DNA from: Podarcis muralis
Taxonomy: Eukaryota
DNA length: 64,000 nt
Assembly (NCBI RefSeq): GCF_964188315.1
Contig: NC_135655.1
Coordinates: forward strand, 32,054,001-32,118,000
Reading direction: 5' to 3'
Below the pieces are notes generated by a model. That model did not search any database, was not told where the DNA came from, and was given only the letters and a program-made list of their open reading frames with translations. How positions within the stretch are numbered: position 1 is the first letter of the stretch; each line of letters begins with the position of its first letter. Shown piece after piece: positions 39,011 through 50,200 of the stretch. Both the position numbers and the translations under genes were made by a program.

Positions 39011-39509
39011 GTACGGCAGTAGGAAGCACCCACTCCCCTGTATTTTTCTGCATGTTCGCAAAGGGCAAAATAAATGATCCAGCCCCGAGGAGGCTACAAA
39101 CCAACTCCAAGCAGCGACCTGAATGACACAGAGCAAGCAATCCCTATGCAGTCATCTTCCGTGTCTGCTCATGTTGCTCTTGTAAAGGGCGGTGGTGCAA
39201 GTTAGTTAATTTGGTGAGACAGAAAAATGCCAAAGAAGACAGTTGCATTTTTCTCTCCGGCCAAAGTCAAATCAGTCTCTTGGCTTTTAAACCGGTGCAA
39301 GTTATTGCAGAGTATACTGCAACATATGCAAAGGGCACTGGAGAGCTTTCAACAATATGCGATAGTTGAGGGGGTTAAGGGCTTGCAACAGGGTCCTTGG
39401 ACGAGATGAGGCATGCTACAAGCATATCCCTAATTTAATCTGTGGAAGACTGAAGGATATGGACTATTAGTATAAACTAATTGCAGCCCTAAACAGGTAA
39501 GGAGTAAGA

Positions 39510-39930
39510 ACACAAGAAGAGCCTGCTGGATCAGATCATTGGCCACCTAGGTCCGGCTTCCTGTTCTCACAAGGGCCCGCTAAATGCCTGTGGGAAATCA
39601 GGAGCAGATTTCTGCCTCCATCTGCGAATGAAGAACACAACCTTTGGCTAATTAAACAATCTATGGCCTTTTAAACTGGGGGGGGGGAGGTATTGTTTTT
39701 GTTAGGGTGTTCTGTATGTTTATGTTTTTATATTGTAAACAGCCCTGGGATCCTAGAGTGAAGGGTAGTATAGAAATTTAATAAATAATGGTAGCCATTG
39801 ATAGCCCTCTCCTCCATGAATTTGCCTAATCCTCTCTTAAAGCCATCAAGTTGGTGGCCATCACTGCCTCCTTGGGGAGCAAGTTCCATAGTCTGACTAT
39901 GCTCTGCATAGTTTTACCTGTCTTAAATCT
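39510..39930 (-). mobile_element. Degenerate CR1 3' region with an embedded L2-like tail
   Basis: gcctgctggatcag..., ctaatcctctcttaaagccatc...gagcaagttccatag motifs typical of CR1 3' ends. Confidence 0.5.
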
Positions 39931-42256
39931 TCCAACAAACTCAGTGCTTCTAAGCATATACAGTACTGTACAGAATTGTGCTACATGTCTTAGGTCTCAT
40001 GGGGTAAAAATCTTTACAAGCAGGGACCAAACATGTAGCTGCTCCCTATGGGATAAGATATGGGGTGGAATAATAAGCTCCCCAATAAAACATTCTGGCC
40101 CTGGAGTAAAGAACACTGATATTTTTAAGTAGAGTCATGTAGGGAACTAGTTTGTGCTGAAACGTATCTTCTTTCAATAGTACACACTTACCGGTATTTT
40201 TACAAAGTCAATATAACTAGTTTGAAACTTGTATCTCTGCTTCTCAGACTACTGATAAATTATAAATCATTGCCTTATTTAAATGCAGATTGAGCAATCA
40301 TGAATTAGCAGCAGACAAGCAGAACCACGTTATGATACAGGTTTATGACAGTGCATGCAACCAGTGTAACAAGTCCCTGCTTTAAGTCTTGTGTCCCAGT
40401 AGGAAATTATATTCAAGATCTTTTTACTTCACCAACTGCTCCATTCTAAACACATTGAGGCCACAGTCCAACATCACACTGAATTCAGTGGCGTAATGAC
40501 ATATGTCTTGAGTAAATTGTTATACTGGGCAGTAAGAATTTGACACTATGCTCATGTGTTGAGCAGATGAAGCGCAAAGCATTCAGCATTGAGCAAGTTG
40601 ACCCTTGTTCTTTTTCTCCATTACTGAGGCAGCCTTCGGCTCTGCTGCTGTGTGGTGCTAAAGAAAAAACTATTTGCTACACAGGAGTATTGTACAAAGA
40701 GGGTGTGCCCCACCCCCACCCCGGAAAAGCTAGAAAGTGGGGGACAGCTGCTATCAGGCAAGCTCTTTCCTTTGTGGTTTCATGTTTCAAAAACACAGCT
40801 GAGAGTGTGGCAAACAAACAGATTCCCTTGTCCATTTAGCAAAAATGGTACTGCCACTGTATTTGTATTGCACAAGCCTTTGCACCACAACAGCTATGGG
40901 TGTGGGGAGGAGAACAGGATTGAACTGCCTTTGGGGTTATTATAATTAAGGAATCCATCTCCAAGTATTGTGTTTAAAATAGGGTTTAGTCTTTGGGGCC
41001 TTCTTTCATAAGAATATAAGTGACTATGATGCTCAATCTTACATAAATGAAAATAAATTTTGGTTGACTACTACTTTTGAGAAAAATATTTTCTTGTTTT
41101 CCTAGTAAGATGATAGGGACCTATATTCAGAGGAGCTTCTAACACTGTAATACAGAAGGAAAACAATGCCCAAGCAACTTGTGCTGCTTGTTCTCTGCAT
41201 ATGTTTCTATGTGCCCATAGCCTAGTTTTCACATCTTCCCGCCTTTTGTGCAATGTCTAAAGGCGGGAAGGGGAACCTGCAGCCCTCCAGATGAGGCTGA
41301 CTCCAGCTCTCATGTGCCCCAGGTAGCATGGCCAATGGTCAGGAATTATGGAAGTTATGGGAGCAACATCTGGAGAGCCACATGTTCCTCATCCTTGATC
41401 TTGAAGCCATTCTGAAAGTAGGTCACCCCACAAGGGCTGAAGCTACAGACCCTTAATACAGATTACCCTTTTTTGTAAACTTGAGGGGAAATTATATTTA
41501 TGGGAACTTTAAGCAGTATTAGCATAAAGATGACAATTAACTCCAATAACAATTATAGCATTGTGTTTCAATCTGGGAGCATTTTAAGTAACACTGTATT
41601 CAAGCATGTGCTTTTTCTCTTCAAACAGATAAGAATGCACAGTTTGTTGTTAAGAATCCTAGAATCCTTGGGATAATATTCCTTGTTTTGTAGTACTTGC
41701 AGTTCTTAGCAGAAACACCGAAGCAGGCGAAAACTGCAAAGATTACAGGGGAAATAAATTAAGCTAATAGCGTGTGGGTGGGGGCCAAGGAAGAAAAGGA
41801 AAATATCCTACTCTGGAAAATTATATTTATGTCTAGGAGTATGAAACAGGAGACATTTTGATTAACTCTAATAACAATTTCTTCCGTAGATTCTTACATT
41901 AAATTGGTATAGGCTATTTGCACCTCAGAGTATAAACAGCTGGCTCTTTACTTCAATGTGAAAATTAGCTTGATACCTGGGTGTCATAACCTGGGACAAC
42001 CGTGAATGTCATGACCTAGGAACTATTCCGAAAACATTAGGAATAAGTTAAGAAGCTCAGCTGCCAACTCTCACAAGTCATAGTATTCAAAATGTCAAAA
42101 GACAAAACTACAAAGCAAAAAAGAAATAAAAAGGCAGCAGTAAAAGATCTACCAGACTGGAGTGTCTATGTGGCACTAAAAAGTCTGGCACGCTAAAGAT
42201 ACAACATTCCCCACCTTTCACTATCGTTAAAAGTTTAACTACCTTTAAAAACTTAC

Positions 42257-42277
42257 CTCTTCCTCTGCTCTTTCCAT
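42257..42277 (-). CDS. Candidate additional first coding exon (MERAEEE) of a cTAGE5-type isoform
   Basis: ATG GAA AGA GCA GAG GAA GAG|gtaagt, strong phase-0 donor; in-frame TAA directly before the ATG. Confidence 0.45.
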
Positions 42278-42974
42278 TTACAAACCAAGTATAGTAATCA
42301 CATAAAAGTTACGTTTAAAAATCTGTAAGAATAATTAAATTAGCTCTAGTTTCCTAGTTGTTTATCCAGATAACAAGAGCTCCCAGTAGCTTATGTTTCC
42401 AAATGGGAAAGAGATCCTGCTTTGACATGTATGCGTTTAAGGAAGGGGTGCAAAAGGGAGGTTAATGACAAGCAACTTTCTTCCAGTATAGTATTACAGT
42501 AGTCAGGTCCTTGTGAAATATCAGATTAGTCGCAGCAAGTATTTAAAAGGTATTGCTAAACAGATGCTTAGGTAACACTTTTTCTTTTCTTTTTTTACAA
42601 GTACGGTATAAGACTCAGCTGAAAATATTACCTTATCAGACTCACAAACGACAAGACCTGAAAGCTGGACTTTAAAGGAAATACAATACATATATGCTAC
42701 CTGTATGGCAGCGCTGGTTTCTTATTAATTTCTATTTTCTCATGTAATTGTCGTATACTTGTATTTAATACTAAGGCAACTTCAATTAACTAAATATGGA
42801 TAAATTTGCAAGATGCAGCATACATAAAACACAAGTTGAATTGAACTTGGTGGGTCTTATGTCCAAGTAAGCATGTTTCAGTTCAGCCTGTCAAGTCATT
42901 CTTCAGAACATACACTTTTAATCTCTTACGGTTAAATTTTAAGGAACCCCGGATAAGAGTTATTTATTCCATTA

Positions 42975-43353
42975 GGTAAAGGTAAAGGACCTCTGGACGG
43001 TTAAGTCCAGTCAAAGGCGACTATGGGGTTGCAGCGCTCATCTCGCTTTCAGGCCGAGGGAGCTGGCATTTGTCCACAGGCAGTTTTCCGGGTCATGTGG
43101 CCAGCATGACTAAACCGATTCTGGCAACGGAGGACCATGATAAGTTCCAGAGCGCACAGAAATGCTGTTTAACTTCCCGCCACAGCGGTGCCTATTTATC
43201 TACTTGCAGTGGTGTGCTTTCAAACTGCTAGGTTGGCAGGAGCTGGGATAGAGCAACGGAAGCTCACCCCATTGTGGGGATTCAGACCACCAATCTTCCA
43301 ATTAGCAAACCCAAGAGGCTCCATGGTTTAGACCACAGCGCCACCTGTGCCCC
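42975..43353 (-). mobile_element. Sauria SINE, full length, older
   Basis: 14-bp TSD tatttattccatta (42961-42974, 43354-43367). Confidence 0.9.
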
Positions 43354-43483
43354 TATTTATTCCATTAATGTATGATGAAGCTGCTGCAGCTAGAAAGATT
43401 CTGAAATTTTAGAGTCCTCTTATTTCTGTCAGGCAGTTAAAGCTTGTGCATTTTCACCAACTCTGTCTGAATCACCACATTTT

Positions 43484-43484
43484 A

Positions 43485-43524
<40 letters not shown>

Positions 43525-43718
43525 TTTATTTATATCCCGCCTCCCCAGCCGAAGCTGGGCTCAGGGCGGCTAACAGCAATCAAAATAGTCCGACATTCTA
43601 AAAACATTCATTATAAAATTAATTAAATCAAATTAAAATCAAATTAATGGCAACCATCAAGCAAAATTCTGTGCAGAAAGAATGCCGATTGCCAGAGGAG
43701 GGGGTCAGGCTGCGCCCT
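43484..43718 (-). mobile_element. L2-type LINE 3' end with (TTA)n tail
   Basis: (AAT)n followed by tttatatcccgcctccccagccgaagctgggctcagggcggct. Confidence 0.65.
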
Positions 43719-43895
43719 GCCCATTCTATTTCTATTTTCTATTTGCATTTCTATTCTATTTTCTATTTCTATTTGCATAAATTTCTATCATATCAAAATG
43801 ACTGAGGATAGCTACAATATAGTCTTCTTTCATTTGACCTATACACTAATAGCTCTGTGATACAGGTGAGGCTGAGGGATACCAACTTGTGCAAG

Positions 43896-44666
43896 CAGAG
43901 CCATCTTTCCCATAGGGCTTAGTGGCTCGTTGTGCCAGGGCGCAGCCTCTCAGGGGCGACCCAGTGAGTGAGGGAGCTGCGCGGCTTTGCCAGTGGCCTC
44001 CCCTTTCCCTGCATGCTGCCAGCTGCGCCACACCATCCATCTTTCCTTCCTACCCTCATCGGCCCGCCCCCCTCTGTGGGCGGCCGCATTGGCGCTGCTG
44101 CTTGTGCTGCTCCCACAAGCGCGCGGCGGTGGTGCGGGCGGTGGTGGATGAGAAGCCACTCCCCGACTCTGAGGCAGTGGCCGAGGACAGGCCGCTGCCT
44201 CCTCTGCCTCCTCTCCCTCAGCCGCAGGAATCCCCTCAGCCACCACCCACCGAGCAGCTGTCATTGTCGTCGTCTGAGGGAGCGGTGGTGGTGGGAGTGG
44301 CTCCCAAGGGGCCTCCTCCGTGTCACCGGTGCCCACCACTCCACCACCACTCCCCGGGGCACAGGCAGCAGCGTGGCAACCGCCTCCTGTTCCTTGGGCC
44401 ACTGGGCAGCAGCTAGAGTGCCAGCAGCGGGCTTTCGTCAGGCAGTGGAGGAGGAGATGCCCTGGAGCCTCAGAAGCGAGCGTGGGGTTCTGGCGGTCTG
44501 GCCAGCCACACCGCGTCCACCACATCAGCAGTGTTTTCTGAAGGTGGTGGCTCCCAGAGCTATGAGGTGGTCCGCGAGTTGGGCCCCAAGTTCTAAATTC
44601 TGGAAAAGGGAGGGGCACTAGAGGGATTTTTGCACAATGGTGCCGGATATGCTTAAGACAGCCCTG
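43896..44666. mobile_element. GC-rich non-autonomous hAT element
   Basis: TIRs cagagccatctt / aagacagccctg; perfect 8-bp TSD tgtgcaag (43888-43895, 44667-44674). Confidence 0.8.
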
Positions 44667-45859
44667 TGTGCAAGGGCACACTGATTAGCTTCAGAGTTGA
44701 GCACAGATTTCAGCCAGACCTCTCCCATCAAAACTCATCGCTCTTGCCTTTTACAAAAGAGTGATAACTCTGTGGGCTCTCAAGAAGCTTTTAGGCTTCA
44801 CACAAGATAATTAATTCCATTCTACCTAGAAAATAAAGTGATGAGCCAAGGATGACATGTCATCTGCTGCTTCCTCATGTCATCTACTGCAAGGGGTTCC
44901 TAGTGTTTTAGCCAGGAGACCTACACAAAGAATCTGCTCGTGTTACAAGGCTCAGAACAAATTTAAAATGTGATGCAAAAAGCACATACTCCTACATATG
45001 TATGCAAATATGAAATGCCTCCCTAGGAGGCACTGTGCACTCTTGTATGCATTGATATGAGAATTCAGGAGGCTCAATACAACACTATTGCCGACCTTAA
45101 AAGCACATTTTCCACTCAAAGAATTAAGGGCACTCTAGTTCTTTACAATTAGATCTTTATCCCTTCTACCCACTGCAGGCCAAATTTAACAGGGAGATAA
45201 GGAACGGTTCTTAGTGATATCACAGGAGTCAGTAGAGATGGAAGGACCTGTCCATTTCAGTTCTCTCAGTTTCTAATTTTTTCAGTATTAAATTTAGTCC
45301 TACACATTTCTGCAGTGATTTGCAATTCTTTAAAAACAAACCTCATAAAAACACATCAGCATTTCAGTGCAAATCTCTCTTAATACACATATTATTGTAT
45401 GTAGCTTTGACTAATAATATTCATTTCTGCAAGCATTTTCTCCTAATATAATGTATTTTGTTTATAATGCATTCAGTTTTAAGGACACCTTTACCCCAAT
45501 ATATGCATTTTTGCACACATTACTTGCCCAGACACCTGCATCACAAAATCCAGATAAGTGCGAATTTGAAAGGATGGCTGCATTTCAGTTCTCATATTGT
45601 TTCAGAAAGTGTGAATTTGATAGACCCTCCTTTAAATGCAAGCTGAATCAAATTTCTCCCCCATCTGAACTTGCAAACATTCATAACTTCCGTCCATTCC
45701 TACTTTAGATCAGGTTCAGTGCTATTTGAAAACTACAGGGAAGTGACGGGAGTGAACTAGCAAATGCAAACTTAGGAGGAACGTCAAATAGAATGTTTTC
45801 AAAGCTGTAACTAGTGCATTTTTATGATTATTGTAGAAATACAAAGTAAATACACGTAC

Positions 45860-45954
45860 CTTTTTACTGGTAGATGCCATCACTGAAAATACAGGTGTTA
45901 TAATGGCACAGAAGTCATTCAAATGCAGGATTATCTGAAATAGCCATTCTCTTT
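45860..45954 (-). CDS. MIA2: MIA2 (TALI) exon 6, putative intramembrane helix
   Basis: Long pyrimidine tract ...gaaacag|AA; EREWLFQIILHLNDFCAIITPVFSVMASTSKK|gtacgt; 95 nt, phase 1 to 0. Confidence 0.85.
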
Positions 45955-46058
45955 CTGTTTCATGAAAAAGTAGAGGAAGAGAGAATGAGTATTACAATAT
46001 ATCTTCTTTACAGAATACTATATGTAATTACAGTTTTTAGATTAATCATATTCCTTAC

Positions 46059-46286
46059 CATTACTGATAGTATAGTTATGAGTCACTAGATTGTTCTCTG
46101 ATAATTTTCTTTTTGAATTTGGCTGATGTTGACTATTTTTGGCTGAAGTATGTATTCTCTTCTCTGTATTTATTGGAGGCACATTATTTGCTTCTGTATG
46201 TTGGCCACTGTTAGGTTCTTTATCCAAATTCAAGTGATGTTTTTCTTTAGGATGATCGTCAGATAATTTTCCATTATTGGTCATAC
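46059..46286 (-). CDS. MIA2: MIA2 (TALI) exon 5
   Basis: ttatttgtag|GT ATG ACC; GMTNNGKLSDD...HNYTISN; G|gtaagg; 228 nt, phase 1/1. Confidence 0.8.
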
Positions 46287-47272
46287 CTACAAATAATTGT
46301 AAAAGTGGTATCATGTTTATTTCCACCTGATTATCCATTTTTTACCTGCATGTCAATACCCAGGATCCCTATTCATATCTCATTGTCAATTCAACCATTA
46401 AAGTTCTCTTGTACCACAGTCTCCCAACTTACAATTAGAAATATTAAAATCAGGGAATACACCACCACATCAAAGCATGGCTAATGAAATGAGTCAAGGA
46501 AGCTCTTGGAGGCTAGAAAGGTTCCTACATAAACCTTAAGTATTGTATGAATAAGGAGGGGGGAAAGGAAACACAAATATTGGCAAAAGAAATGCAAGCA
46601 GAAAATAAGGAAGAAAAAAAGCATTGGATCGCATCCCTGAAATTATTAAGACTGACAATATAAAATTACTGCATTTAAATGTGTTAGAAGCAGGAAACTG
46701 GCTAGGGTGGAGATGCATACAAGCATGACTGATGGAATTTGAACCTGATCACTTCTGGAAGCCTTTTTATATCAATTTATTAATGTGTCAAGGAATATGT
46801 TATATTTTCCATTGTTGTACTGAAGATGAAAATTTAAATATGACTTTTCCTTATATAATAATCATATTTAGTAAACTGCAATGGACTAAAATCCAGATAT
46901 GTAAGCAACAACCAAAAAGCCTTTTGTTAATAGCCCTACCAAACATGTATCTTCTGAGATACTATTGTTGCTGTGGGGCTGTTGCATCCTTCCAGCACCC
47001 AGCTATTTATTCTGCTGATAGAAAATGAATGATTCTTTTTTTTTGTATTTTCGGTTCTATATTATATTTCCTGACAAAGCACAATACAACTTGGTATTAT
47101 CCTGCTGTTGTGTAAGCTTATAATGGGCATCAGCTTCTATAGTTCATTTTATACTGGGGAAAAAATCACATCATCCCATCGGTCAGACATTTTGCTTTTT
47201 TTAAATAAAAAAGCAAAGTGCGATATTGTTCTTGCTTTGTTAGCTTTTATTATCAAAACAGTGGTCTGGTAC

Positions 47273-50200
47273 CTGATTCTGCCTTTTGAATTTCACATTT
47301 GTTTCTGATGTCCAGCACAAGACTGTGCAGTTCTGGAAGTAAATTCACTTTATCCTTCAAACATTTTTCATGTCCACTGTTTAATTTATTTTCATGTTCC
47401 ACCAAAGTAGTCACTTCTTTCATTTCCCTGAGAATATCTTCACATGGAAAAGTGGTGATATCACGGCGAAGTTTCTCAAACTCTTGCTCTAGTAGCTGCA
47501 GTTCATGCCTTTCACACATATTTGCTTCAAGTGTCCTTTTAGACTCCTCAACAAACTTGAAATAAAGTTCCTGTAATCCACTGAAGGAAGTGGCTTCTTT
47601 CAGGTCCAACTCTGTATCAGCTGTTAATTGACCATTTTGAACTATTGTCTCCTGATTTGCAGATCTGTCATACTTTTGGTTGTAATTTTTTGAGTCTGCA
47701 GCGACAGATTTTTCCTGGATGTTGCTGTATCTTTCCTCTGGGCCCGGAGATCCCTCATCCATAATTTTAAAATTATCTAAATACCTGATAGCTTTTGTGC
47801 TCTGAACTTCACCTTTGTCTTGTTCAAAGTCACTTCTCACTACATCAGCCTCCTGCCTCTTTGTCTTAATCTGTGTTCCAATAATATTTCTACCATCTTC
47901 ATATTTTTTAGAGTCTTCATCGTCCTTATTTTTAAATGGCTCTCCAAGAAGCCGTGATAGTTTACCAGAAATGTTACTCCCGACACCTCCTTTCTCTGTC
48001 TTGTCACTTGTGCAATCTATATTCTTGCATCTTAGTTTTTTCTCACTATCTTTACCCGTTTTGCCTTTTTCTTGACTATCTCTTGCATGCCCAGAATAAG
48101 CTACTTTCTCTGCATGGTTTAGATTTTTAGGAAAAGGAGAATTTAAGTCATGTGCAAATGTTTCATCATGATGATCTTTAGCTAAATGGTGTGTGTCCAT
48201 GCCATCTTTAGCATGTGGAGGGATAGGGTCCATATAATCATCCACAGGCTGAAGATGATGTGATAAATGTTTGCTAGGATTAATATTATTATCTGGATTA
48301 GATGTATCACGTCGCACTTCTAAGTGCTCGATTGGATTTTCACTGGCAGGACTTGTTCCAACTACAGTATATTGTTTCTGAGGTAAACTATTAAAGTCAG
48401 TTGTCGCTAAACCGTCTTTAGGTTTTATGTCAGTTATCTCTGAAGTTGTGCATGCTATCTGTTTCTGATACTCGGGTTTAGTTTCTTCAGTATTTGGAAT
48501 GATATCTATTTTTTTATGCTGAGCTGAGATTCTAAGCTTCTTCACTTCTAAATCTGCAGTTAAATGTTGCTTTCTATCATGTCCCTTCTGACTTATACAC
48601 TTTTTGTCAGGTACTAAGCTCATAATATTGGTACTCTGACAGTCAAGGTAGGAAGATGATACTTGTTCACCTTTTAACTCTTCTTTATCTTCATTCTGAT
48701 GTGTCAGACTTGCACACATTTGAGGTGAGTGAATACTTTTCTTGGGAAAAGTGCCCGAGGAGCTAGGATAAGGAAATACACTTTGCCCTTGCTGATCTAT
48801 TAATGAAGCATCACTAACTTGAGCACTATCTAAATGTTCTTCTATTGCTTTTGAGTTTTGTTCCTCTTCAACACCTTTTTCTCCTATCTGCACTTGTGGG
48901 CCCTGAAAGCCTTTCTTCTGCACACCGTAGGCGACAGAATCATAATTCGGTATGCGGCTGCTGTCCCCGGAAATCTCCTTTTCACTTTGAAACACTTCCT
49001 CAGACAGTGGAGATGGTCCTTGATTACTTGATGTATTTTGCTCATTGTGTCCTTGTTTGCCTTCACTAAGTTCTGAGATATGCTGTGAAAAATGCATTTG
49101 TTCTTTTGCACTTTCTTGAGAAAACAAATTCTTGTCTACCTTAGTAATTACACTTTGGTTCATCTCATCTTCAGCACTGGGGTTGATATGAAAATAATCT
49201 TGGATGGCACGAGAGGGGACACTTTCTATATTTTTAACATCAGGAAGTTTCTTTTCATCATGAGAATCTATAACATTATCTGCCCTTATATTGTTGCTTA
49301 TACGTTTTTTTGAATGTAAATGTGGCACTGGATCTGAAACTTGTATTCCTTTCATAACATCTGTATAACCTATGACAGGAGTATGACTACTCCCATTCAA
49401 AACTTTTGAGACTAAACAATTATTTTTATTAACATTGTATTTGCTAGATTTGGAATCTTTGTTAATAGCCTTATACTGTTGTTGTGGTGGTCTTCTTACA
49501 CTGTATGTTAATTCTGGTGCTTCATGTTGTTCTGTTAAAAATGGATTCTGATTTTTTGTATTAAATTCTCCGCTCCCTTGGATAACTGTCCTATCTTCAT
49601 CAAGAGGTATCTTATCTTCGCCTGGAATGTTCTTTGATTTGGAAAAACTATCTGAATGTTCATTCAACTCCTCAGAAAATAGTGCTTGTTCAACATTATC
49701 TGGACTGATTGCTTTCCCATCATGTGGCTCATCTTCTCCTAGGATAGATTTTTCATAGGAATATGTTTCACTAATATAATCCTTTCGCTCTGCCAAATCA
49801 GCTAGCTTTTGTAGCTCTAAAGAAGACTGTTTGGCCTCTAAGTTATGGACATTGTTTTTATCTTCTATATTGGAATGGCCCTGTGTGTCCAAAGGTCTTC
49901 CATACAATTTTTTTCCTGTACATTGACCATTGACCTGGTGTTCTAACTCTATAGATTTTACTGACAGAGGATGTGGTGTATTATCTTTCGCTAGTTGTTC
50001 ACCCTGTCTTTTTCCTCTACTTTCTTCACTACATTTTACTGCTAAAGAAGACAGCAAAACATTTCCCTGGGTAGTATCAGCATCTCTGTTTTCTGGCACC
50101 TTTTCAGTAATATTCTTATTTTCTAGTAATTCTTCTTTGCCTATTTGTAGTACTTCCTCACTCTTTTTAAATTGGGTGCTTTCCTCACTAGACTTTAGAT

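Noticed and set aside
38250-39140. Five long overlapping ORFs (130-296 aa) on both strands
   Set aside because: Stop-poor CpG island; only the 43-codon exon has a Met, a donor and homology.
43846-44681. Six overlapping ORFs up to 243 aa
   Set aside because: All lie in a GC-rich hAT element bounded by TIRs and a TSD; low complexity, no domain.
46287-46345. Upstream acceptor or ATG for exon 5 at 46345/46338
   Set aside because: Wrong phase and an in-frame TAA; the tttgtag|GT acceptor at 46286 fits.
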